From assembly GCA_964624625.1 (NCBI GenBank), contig CAZUXW010000004.1, positions 28,931-92,930 on the forward strand: a stretch of DNA of 64,000 nucleotides, in the 5' to 3' direction. Made by a program: the position numbers and the translations under genes. This stretch comes from an uncultured bacterium (GTDB lineage Bacteria; Oederibacteriota; Muellerivitia; Muellerivitales; Muellerivitaceae). The notes beneath the pieces are model-generated. The model did no database searches. It had not been told where the DNA came from and was given only the letters and a program-made list of their open reading frames with translations. Of this stretch, positions 53,359 through 61,166 are shown piece after piece (the stretch's first letter is position 1; each line of letters starts with the position of its first letter).

Positions 53359-54059
53359 TCGCTGACTCCCACCCCTTTATTGAAAGGCTCCTCTTCCTCG
53401 ATTTGACGAAGGCTTTTCTGGGCGGATTGTTGGATGTCGCGATTTTGGGTCAATGCCATGAGTTTTCGAAGCTCGATTTTGGCCTGCTTGAAGTTCAATA
53501 ATTTTAAAAAGGAGTTGGCGATCATCAATTGGGCCGAGGTCGCGGCCTGGTCCGTGGGATATTTCTCGATCAGGTCACGGTAGGCGTTGATGGCGTCTCC
53601 GACCTTGTCGTCCAACAGAAGGCAGTTTCCCGATTGGAGCTGGGCGTAGGGGGCAAAACCCTTATCGCCGTAGGAAGTTAGGAGCTTCTTATATTCCTTT
53701 CCGGCTTTTTCGTAATGGCCCTGCCAATACTCGCAATCGGCCAGGAGCTTTTGGGCGTTCGCCGCATAGAAGCCGCCCTGGTAAAAATCAAGGATTTGCT
53801 TGAGGGGAAGCTTGGCGCCGTGAAAATCCGATTGGCCGTAAACGAGGACATATGCTTGGAGGTAAAGGGCCTCCTCCGAGGAGGCGCTGGCCGGGACCAG
53901 GCTGGAAATTTCCCTCGCCAGCCTGAGGACTTCCTTGTAATCGCCTTCGGCCAATAACTCCCGGAGTTTTAACAGGGGCGCCTGGACCGGGGGCGGCGGC
54001 GGGGATTTCCTGCCGCAGCCGGCCGCCAGGACCGCAGTGAATAAAAAGATGAGGAACAT
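53355..54059 (-). CDS. TPR-repeat lipoprotein, TadD-like
   Basis: Lipobox LAAGCG and a PPPPP linker, followed by 4-5 TPR repeats. It lies immediately upstream of tadB with a 4-nt overlap. Confidence 0.5.
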   Translation of the reverse strand: MFLIFLFTAVLAAGCGRKSPPPPPVQAPLLKLRELLAEGDYKEVLRLAREISSLVPASASSEEALYLQAYVLVYGQSDFHGAKLPLKQILDFYQGGFYAANAQKLLADCEYWQGHYEKAGKEYKKLLTSYGDKGFAPYAQLQSGNCLLLDDKVGDAINAYRDLIEKYPTDQAATSAQLMIANSFLKLLNFKQAKIELRKLMALTQNRDIQQSAQKSLRQIEEEEPFNKGVGVSE

Positions 54060-54112
54060 TTTTCCCAAGACATTACCCCGTAATCCAGGATCCCGATGAG
54101 CCGCGCCGGACC

Positions 54113-55744
54113 TCACATTTGCTCCGGCGCGGATACGCCCAGGAGGGCCAAGGCGTTGTGAAGGACCGTTTTCACCCCCTTGACCAGGCTCAATCGGGCC
54201 TTGGCCACCTCCGGCGGGGCGTCCAATATCCGGTGTTTTGAGTAGAAAAGATGGAAACCGCCGGCAAGGTTTTGCAAGTAAGCCACCATCCGGTGCGGTT
54301 CGAAAGCCCTGCCGCTTTCCACGACCCATTGTGGATATTCCATGATTTCTTTCAAGAGTAAAAGGGACTCGGGTTCGACGAGTGGGGTAAATTCACCGGA
54401 CCTTTGGCCCGGAGTCAACCCGTTCTCGGCGCATTTTTTCAGCAAACTGCAGATCCTGGCATGGGCATATTGGATGTAAAAGACGGGGTTTTCATCCGTC
54501 TGCTTCCGCGCCACCTCAATATCAAAATCAAAATGACTGTTCGCGCCCCTCATCACGAAAAAAAACCTCGCCGCGTCCTTCCCCACCTTTTCCAACAGCT
54601 CGTCCATCGTGACGAATTTTCCCTCGCGTTTGGACATCTTGACCTTTTCCGTCCCTTCCATCAGGTTGACCTGCTGGGCGATGAGGACCGTAAAATGGTC
54701 CACGGCGCAGCCAGCGGCCTGGAGGGCGGATTTCATCCGGAGGATATGGCCGTGGTGGTCCGGCCCCCAAATGTCCAGGACCTGGTTGAATCCACGGGAG
54801 AATTTTTGAAGGTGGTAGGCGATATCCGCGGCGAAATAAGCGAATTGTCCGTCGCTTTTCACGATGACCTCGTCCTTGGGGGCCCCAAAATCCGAGACCC
54901 TCATCCATTGAGCTCCGTCTTTTTCATATATCAGGCCGGATTTTTGGAGGTCCTCAACGGTTTTTCGGACCAACCCGGAGTCGTGCAATTCCCTTTTCTC
55001 CGAAAACCAACGGTCAAAGGAAACGCCGTAGCTTTCCAGGGACTTCTTGTGCCATCCCAGGACCTGTTCCATGCCCCACAAGGAAGCGTCGGGCGGAGGG
55101 AGAACCTTCACATATTCCCTGGCCAGGTCCTCCATATAGGCCCCTTGATAGCCGTTTTCCGGCGCTGGTGTGTTGAGGCCGTTGATCCGGTCGCGGGCCG
55201 CTAAAAGCGATTCCCCAAAAAGCCTGGCCTGGACCCCCGCGTCATTGACGTAATACTCGCGGGAAACCACCGCGCCGGAGGCGGCCAGGAGATTCGCGAT
55301 ACAGTCGCCCAGGGCCGCCGCCCTGGCGTTGACCACGTTCAGAGGGCCGGTGGGATTCGCGCTGACAAATTCCAAAATCACACGGGAGGTTTTTTCCTGG
55401 TTATTTTCCCCGAATCGATCCCCTTGATCCAGCGCCTGTTCCAAGGCGGAATAATAGACCCTTGGGTTCAGCCGCAAATTGATAAAGCCCGGTGAAGCCG
55501 CCTCGGCGGTCAAGACCAGTTCCGGATCGAACTTCAGGTTTTGGATCAGGTCCCGGGCGATGGCCAAGGGCGGCTTCTTGAGCTTTTTCGCCAGCAACAT
55601 GGCCAAGGGAGCCGCGTAATCACCATGGTTTTTATCCTTGGGCCGCTCGATCGAAACGGGGGTTTCGCCGGCTCCGAGGGGCCCGGCGGCCTCGCGGAAA
55701 GCCTCCGCCAAGGTTTGATGAAGGGAAAAGATGTCGTTATTCAT
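54113..55744 (-). CDS. argS: Arginine--tRNA ligase
   Basis: HIGH-type motif (PTGPLNVVNARAA), a DALR anticodon-binding C-terminus and the overall ArgS sequence. Confidence 0.9.
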   Translation of the reverse strand: MNNDIFSLHQTLAEAFREAAGPLGAGETPVSIERPKDKNHGDYAAPLAMLLAKKLKKPPLAIARDLIQNLKFDPELVLTAEAASPGFINLRLNPRVYYSALEQALDQGDRFGENNQEKTSRVILEFVSANPTGPLNVVNARAAALGDCIANLLAASGAVVSREYYVNDAGVQARLFGESLLAARDRINGLNTPAPENGYQGAYMEDLAREYVKVLPPPDASLWGMEQVLGWHKKSLESYGVSFDRWFSEKRELHDSGLVRKTVEDLQKSGLIYEKDGAQWMRVSDFGAPKDEVIVKSDGQFAYFAADIAYHLQKFSRGFNQVLDIWGPDHHGHILRMKSALQAAGCAVDHFTVLIAQQVNLMEGTEKVKMSKREGKFVTMDELLEKVGKDAARFFFVMRGANSHFDFDIEVARKQTDENPVFYIQYAHARICSLLKKCAENGLTPGQRSGEFTPLVEPESLLLLKEIMEYPQWVVESGRAFEPHRMVAYLQNLAGGFHLFYSKHRILDAPPEVAKARLSLVKGVKTVLHNALALLGVSAPEQM

Positions 55745-55748
55745 GGGG

Positions 55749-56114
55749 CTAGAGTTGGATCGTCAGGAGTGTTTTATAGTTCAGGGACCTCATTTTCAGT
55801 TCCACGGACTCGAAATCGCTTTTTCTCCCGTCAAACAGCTCCCATATGATTTTTTCCAAATCCGAGGTGGGGGGCGGCAGAAACTCGACCTGGCGCTCGC
55901 CCTGGGGATCCGTGATGACATGCACCAAACCCATTCCCGCGAAGGTTTGAAGCTTGGCTTCCAGGGCGTCTTCGGGCAGTGAAATGAGGTCCGCGACGGA
56001 CTTGGTGGAATACCTGGTGCCTTTGGCCAGGAGCCAAATTCCCATTAAGAGGCGGGAGGTAGTGTTGGAAAATAGTTTCTTGAACTTATTGCGTTCAGTG
56101 TTGATTTCGCTCAC
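55749..56114 (-). CDS. Hypothetical small protein (possible winged-helix)
   Basis: 121-aa ORF with an HTH-like segment (STKSVADLISLPEDALEAKL). It overlaps the upstream gene by 20 nt, and no family is recognised. Confidence 0.3.
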   Translation of the reverse strand: MSEINTERNKFKKLFSNTTSRLLMGIWLLAKGTRYSTKSVADLISLPEDALEAKLQTFAGMGLVHVITDPQGERQVEFLPPPTSDLEKIIWELFDGRKSDFESVELKMRSLNYKTLLTIQL

Positions 56115-56952
56115 GAACCCGCTCCTTTAATTTGCGGAAATCCCTGCCGATGATCACGACCACGTCCATGGCCGGGTCGGTGGAATCCTCAACCGAATCC
56201 TTGGCCAACCCCAGCCTTTCAAGGGCTTCCTCCAGCGCGATGGGAATTCCAGCGGAGGTTTTGATGATCGTCTTGTTAAATCGGAAATTTTCCGCGTTAC
56301 CCGTACCCACGATGGTGACGCCGGCGCCCTTGAAACGGCGGGCGGCCCAATCCGCGGCTCCCTTTATACCACATCCGTTCAATATTTCTACCCGAAGGAC
56401 CCCGGGGCTTCCGGCGGGAACGGGGGTCCTGGAGGGGCCGGGGTTTTCCTTCACCTCCCCTGGGACAGGCGTGGCTGTTTCACCGGCGGGAGGCAAGGCG
56501 GCTTGGCTTGGGGCCGAGGGAGGCGGCGGTGTGGAACGAAGGGATAAGTAGAGCCGGTCCATCCATTGGAGGTTGTCAAAAACCTCCCCCGATCCGTTTT
56601 GGCGGAAGCCGTCCCACCCGCCACCCAGGTAGCCCGGCCATGCCTCATCGGCGGTCGGGAAACCGATCCAAATTTCGGACGGGCCGAAAGACCTGGCAAA
56701 AACCGACAATTGGGCCTTGTCCCTCAACCTCAAGATTTCCATGCCCAACCGGCTTTGCTCGCCGGACAAGTGAAGGGGTTCCACCACCGGTTCCCGGCGG
56801 TTCAAATAGACCTTCAAACGATAGGCTTCCACTAAGTTGTCCGATCCCCTTAAAAGGAAAAGTTCCAGGGGGGTCCGGGAAACCTCCCAGCGCCCTGCCC
56901 CCACCAAAAAAAGGACCGGCAGGATGAAAAGGATTTTTTTATATAGTTTCAT
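56095..56952 (-). CDS. LytR_C (cell-envelope-related attenuator C-terminal) domain protein
   Basis: Signal/TM anchor, then a VEILNGCGIKGAADWAARRFKGAGVTIVGTGNA block typical of the LytR_C domain. Confidence 0.55.
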   Translation of the reverse strand: MKLYKKILFILPVLFLVGAGRWEVSRTPLELFLLRGSDNLVEAYRLKVYLNRREPVVEPLHLSGEQSRLGMEILRLRDKAQLSVFARSFGPSEIWIGFPTADEAWPGYLGGGWDGFRQNGSGEVFDNLQWMDRLYLSLRSTPPPPSAPSQAALPPAGETATPVPGEVKENPGPSRTPVPAGSPGVLRVEILNGCGIKGAADWAARRFKGAGVTIVGTGNAENFRFNKTIIKTSAGIPIALEEALERLGLAKDSVEDSTDPAMDVVVIIGRDFRKLKERVRERNQH

Positions 56953-57523
56953 TGGTTCCCGCCGCGTAGTAATTCCAGGTTTCCAGCAACCGGGGGTGGA
57001 TCACCCTTTTTTCCCGAAAAAGAAATTGGATGGTCATGGAGGCTTTCGTCAAAACACCTTGCCTTAAGCTTAACCTCGCCGCCTTCCTGGCTTCGCCCGC
57101 TTCGGAAAATTTCCTTCCCGGCTCGATGAAATCGGCGACAAAAAGGGCCTGGGCCAAGGGGCCCATGCCGGCTTTCCCCAGGGTATGGCAGCGGATGGCC
57201 TCAAGAATGGCTGCGTCGCGGATGCCCCACCGGAGGGCTGCGACCGCGGCTCCGGCATGGGGGTGCCAGAGCCCCGGGAGGAGCTCCTCCATCGCGTCCA
57301 ATTTATACTTGGCTTTCCTCAGCCATTCCTTCATTTCACGCCTCGTCATTTCCTTGGCGCAATCGTGCAGCCAAGCGGCTGTCTGGGCTTTTTCCATGGA
57401 CAGCCCGTACCGGGCCGCGAGCCTTTTGGCGGTCCGCGCGACCCCCTGGATGTGTTGAAATCGGAAAGGACTTACCCGGCCCTTTAACCAAGCCTGGATT
57501 TCCCGCCCTTTGGAATTCCCCAT
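56939..57523 (-). CDS. yqeK: HD-domain Ap4A hydrolase YqeK
   Basis: HD motif region (HIQGVARTAKRLAARYGLSMEKAQTAAWLHDCAK). The start is taken at MGNSKG and abuts the upstream permease stop. Confidence 0.7.
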   Translation of the reverse strand: MGNSKGREIQAWLKGRVSPFRFQHIQGVARTAKRLAARYGLSMEKAQTAAWLHDCAKEMTRREMKEWLRKAKYKLDAMEELLPGLWHPHAGAAVAALRWGIRDAAILEAIRCHTLGKAGMGPLAQALFVADFIEPGRKFSEAGEARKAARLSLRQGVLTKASMTIQFLFREKRVIHPRLLETWNYYAAGTNETI

Positions 57524-58452
57524 CACCCGTAAATTCCGGTGTAGGCGATGCCGCGGATGATCGTTTTTTGGAAAAACAGCAAAAGCAGGACCGAGGGGAT
57601 GGTGCTGAGGGCCAGGGCGGCCATCACCACGTTCCAAGGTTCGCCCGTATCGATGAGTTTTTGAACACCCAGAACCAGGGGATAATAGTCCGGATTATTC
57701 AAAACGATCAGGGGCCAGAAAAAGCTGTTCCAGGTCGTCACGAAGGAAAAGATGGCGAGAATGGACATGATGGGCTTGGTCATGGGAAGGATGAACCGGA
57801 AAAAAATCCTGGTCTCGGTGCAGCTGTCGATCCTGGCGGCGTAAATAATCTCATTGGGGATGGAATCGTAAAAATCCTTCAACACCACGATGGAAAAGGC
57901 GCTGAAAACCCCCGGAAGGATCAAGGCCCAGTAAGTGTTGATGAGGTTCGTGTTCGCGACCCCCGGTCCGAATGGGAAAAATTTCATGATCAGGTACAGC
58001 GGGATGACCAGGACCTCAAAGGGCACCATGAGGCTGGTCATGAACAACAGCAGGATCCCTCCCGCGAACCGGACCCGAAGCTTGGAGAGCGAATAGGCCG
58101 CCATGGAGGAGATGAACAGCTGTCCCAGGACCACGCAGGCGCAAATGAGCAGGCTGTTCATGAAATATTTCGCGAATGAAACCAGCCGAAGGGCCTCCTC
58201 GTAATTGTTGAAATTAAACTCATGGGGAACGTAGGTTTGGGGCACGGAATAAATCTCGCCGGGCGACTTGAAGGAGCCCAACACCATCCACACGAGGGGG
58301 GCGATCGTGACGAGGCTCCCCAGGGCCAAAAGGAGGGTTCCCAGGGACAAGGCGACAAGGACGGACTTCTTTTTCCGGTCCTGATGGGAAAAGACCCCCC
58401 TGGCGCCTGGCTTTGGTTTTTGAGGTTGGGCTGCGGCGGAGAAATTTTCCAT
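57523..58452 (-). CDS. Carbohydrate ABC transporter permease (MalG-like)
   Basis: Six TM helices and an EAA-type loop (…ARIDSCTETRIFFRFILP…). Confidence 0.8.
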   Translation of the reverse strand: MENFSAAAQPQKPKPGARGVFSHQDRKKKSVLVALSLGTLLLALGSLVTIAPLVWMVLGSFKSPGEIYSVPQTYVPHEFNFNNYEEALRLVSFAKYFMNSLLICACVVLGQLFISSMAAYSLSKLRVRFAGGILLLFMTSLMVPFEVLVIPLYLIMKFFPFGPGVANTNLINTYWALILPGVFSAFSIVVLKDFYDSIPNEIIYAARIDSCTETRIFFRFILPMTKPIMSILAIFSFVTTWNSFFWPLIVLNNPDYYPLVLGVQKLIDTGEPWNVVMAALALSTIPSVLLLLFFQKTIIRGIAYTGIYG

Positions 58453-58465
58453 TATTCCCTCTTCG

Positions 58466-59743
58466 TCATCGGGATGTCCTCTTCAGCTGTAAAAAACGGG
58501 CCATCGTAAAGATAAATAGGACGGCGAACATCAGCATGGCCATCGCGGAGGCATAGCCCAAATCCATGGAGCCGAAGGCTGTTTTATAGATGTAGGTTCC
58601 GATGACTTCCGTCGCGTGCATGGGCCCGCCCTTCGTCATGACGTAGACCTCCGTGAAGATCTGAAAAGTGGTTAAGACCTGGATGATCGAGAGGATCCAC
58701 ATCACCGGGACCAGGTGGGGCAGGGTGATGTGGAATACCTTTTTGAGGACTCCCGCCCCGTCCATTTCAGCGGCTTCGTATTGCTCCTCCGGAAGGTTTT
58801 GCAGGGAGGCGAAATAGATCAGCATGAACCATCCGGTGTTTTTCCAAACGAACATGAGGACAATGGAAATGAGGGCCCACCGGGGATCCGTCAGCCAGCC
58901 GACCGGGCCCAGGGATGGGGAGACCCATTGCAGGATCGAGTTCAGCACCCCGAAACCCTCGTCAAAAATCCATTTCCAGAGATTGGCCGCGGGAACGGCC
59001 GGAATCACGAACGGCAAAAGGTACAGGAATTTGAACAGGCCCTTGCCATAGGTTATTTCGTTCAGCAAAATCGCCAATAGGATCGGGGGCCAAAAGCCCA
59101 GCGCCAGGGACAGGAGGGTGAAGGCCGCGGCGTTCACGACGGTTTGCCAGAATAGCGAGTCCTGGAACGCCCTTTGGTAATTCTCCCATCCAACCGGTTC
59201 ACTCATGCCCAGGGGGCTGTAATGGGTCAAACTGATCTGAAAGCCCTGGACCATGGGATAGAGGTAGAAAAGCCCGAAAAACAAAAGGGCCGGCAGGAGA
59301 AACCAAAAAGTTTGGGCCCGGTAGCTGAGCGGGTGCCAGAAGGCCTTGCCGGCGGCGATGGATTTGTCCGGCTCGATGGGTTTGTCGAAAATGGAGGCGA
59401 CCTTCCGGCGGTCGCGGATCTTTCCCGAGTCCTGCCGCTTGCGGATCATGGATTTGGCCCGGTCCTCGACGGACTCGGTGGATTGTCCCTGCAGGAAGGG
59501 GACGTTTTCCATCGAGGCGGATGGGGATTTTTCCTTGGCTGGACCGCTTCCCCCGCCGGGGGCGGGAGCCCCCTCGAATTGACGCATCAATTCCCTTCGG
59601 GTCGCCTCATCCTCCGGGCTTGGCACATCCTCGATTTCCAGGTTCAAGTTCGCCGGGCCCTCCTTGAGCTCGTCCGGAATGGGCACTGGCTTGTTTTTGT
59701 CCTCGTCATCGTCATAAATGGAAAAGGGCTTATAGTCGGTCAT
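58466..59743 (-). CDS. Carbohydrate ABC transporter permease (MalF-like) with a ~130-aa acidic N-terminal extension
   Basis: Permease core from about residue 140. The N-terminus is rich in D/E/P (MTDYKPFSIYDDDEDKNKPVPIPDE…). Confidence 0.8.
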   Translation of the reverse strand: MTDYKPFSIYDDDEDKNKPVPIPDELKEGPANLNLEIEDVPSPEDEATRRELMRQFEGAPAPGGGSGPAKEKSPSASMENVPFLQGQSTESVEDRAKSMIRKRQDSGKIRDRRKVASIFDKPIEPDKSIAAGKAFWHPLSYRAQTFWFLLPALLFFGLFYLYPMVQGFQISLTHYSPLGMSEPVGWENYQRAFQDSLFWQTVVNAAAFTLLSLALGFWPPILLAILLNEITYGKGLFKFLYLLPFVIPAVPAANLWKWIFDEGFGVLNSILQWVSPSLGPVGWLTDPRWALISIVLMFVWKNTGWFMLIYFASLQNLPEEQYEAAEMDGAGVLKKVFHITLPHLVPVMWILSIIQVLTTFQIFTEVYVMTKGGPMHATEVIGTYIYKTAFGSMDLGYASAMAMLMFAVLFIFTMARFLQLKRTSR

Positions 59744-61050
59744 GGGGCCCCCTTCACCTTGGCGAATATATTCCGGTCCGCCTCCTTCGCGTAGGTCAAT
59801 AACAATTGCTGGGGATCGGCGTCCTGGTCCAAAAATATGTTTTGGAGCGGATCCTCGTCCAATAGGTCCCGGACCTGGGGCCAGCCGTTGACATGGGGCT
59901 CCACCCTGGCCGTTTCCAAGGCGTCCTTGACCATCTTAAACTCCGGCTGGTTGGCGATTTCAGTCGCGGAGCTGAAGGCGCCGGGAAAGATGAACATTTT
60001 CAGCTGATGCATCCGGACCCATTTGCGCAATTGGTTGGCCGGTGAAAGCTCAAACTCAATCCACTTCCAGGCGGCGGCCTTTTTCTCGTCCGAGCTCGTC
60101 GCGTTGATCACGTAAACATCCCCTCCCAAATGGGCTGCCCGGCCCGCGGGGCCCGCCGGCAGGGGGGCGATCCCGAAGGATTGGGGGTCGATTTTGTACC
60201 GGGTGATCAGGGACGGCAGGAGATTTTCCGTGCCCAAGGTCATCGCGATTTTTCCCAGGGCGAATAAGTGTAATAGCTCCGCCTCGGTCATCAAGGGGTC
60301 CGGCTGCAGCACCTTATATTTCCACTTGAGGTCCTTCCAAAACCGGAGGGCTTGGACCGCCGCCGGCTCGAAAAAGGCCGACCGAACCTTGCCGTTTTCG
60401 ACCCTTGTCATTTCCCCGCCGGCCTGCCAAACGAAATCCTGGAAATACCAGGTTTTGGGGACCAATCCCAGGCCATATTGGCCCTTCTCACGGTGGGTCA
60501 GGATTCTCGCGGTTTCCGCCAATTGATCCCAGGTGGCAGGGGGTGTTTCCGGGTTGAGCCCCGCCGCGGTGAACAAATCCTTCCGATAAAGCAGGAACAA
60601 AAAGTAGGTGTCGGCGGGAATTCCGTAAAAATGGCCGTCCACCTTGGTGCTTTCGAGCAAAACAGGCTTGATGAAGTCCTTTTGGCTCCAGTTTTGGATT
60701 TGGGAATCCACGGATTGCAGAAATCCCAGGTTGGCGAGGGTTTGGATCGCCCCCACCCAGACCTTGACCAGGTCCGGTCCTTTGCCCCCCGCCATGACCG
60801 TGATGAACTCCTCCGGCTGATAGTCCCTCTCGACTCCCTCGATTTTAACGCCGGGATTCTCGCTTTCGAACTGTTGGACGGTTTCTTCCCAGAGCTGGCG
60901 GTCCAAGGGCAGGGATTTGGGGGGAACATTCCACAGGGTGAGGTGGACGAGGGTCTTATCCTGGAGGTCTTTTTGGTTCCGGCGCATTAAAAATTGGCTC
61001 AATCCAAAGACCAGCAATGCCAGGAGGAGCAGGATGAAGATTTTTTTCAT
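59740..61050 (-). CDS. ABC transporter extracellular solute-binding protein (family 1, sugar-type)
   Basis: Signal peptide and an SBP_bac_1-like sequence. Its stop overlaps the permease start. Confidence 0.8.
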   Translation of the reverse strand: MKKIFILLLLALLVFGLSQFLMRRNQKDLQDKTLVHLTLWNVPPKSLPLDRQLWEETVQQFESENPGVKIEGVERDYQPEEFITVMAGGKGPDLVKVWVGAIQTLANLGFLQSVDSQIQNWSQKDFIKPVLLESTKVDGHFYGIPADTYFLFLLYRKDLFTAAGLNPETPPATWDQLAETARILTHREKGQYGLGLVPKTWYFQDFVWQAGGEMTRVENGKVRSAFFEPAAVQALRFWKDLKWKYKVLQPDPLMTEAELLHLFALGKIAMTLGTENLLPSLITRYKIDPQSFGIAPLPAGPAGRAAHLGGDVYVINATSSDEKKAAAWKWIEFELSPANQLRKWVRMHQLKMFIFPGAFSSATEIANQPEFKMVKDALETARVEPHVNGWPQVRDLLDEDPLQNIFLDQDADPQQLLLTYAKEADRNIFAKVKGAP

Positions 61051-61166
61051 GGAAAAACCGGCTCCTCAAAGGGGGGATGGTTGAGGGCTATTTTAACAAA
61101 ATTTCCCCGGGGAAAACGGCTTTTCTTCAGGACCGAGGGACCAGGACCTCGGGGAAAAGGGAGGAA

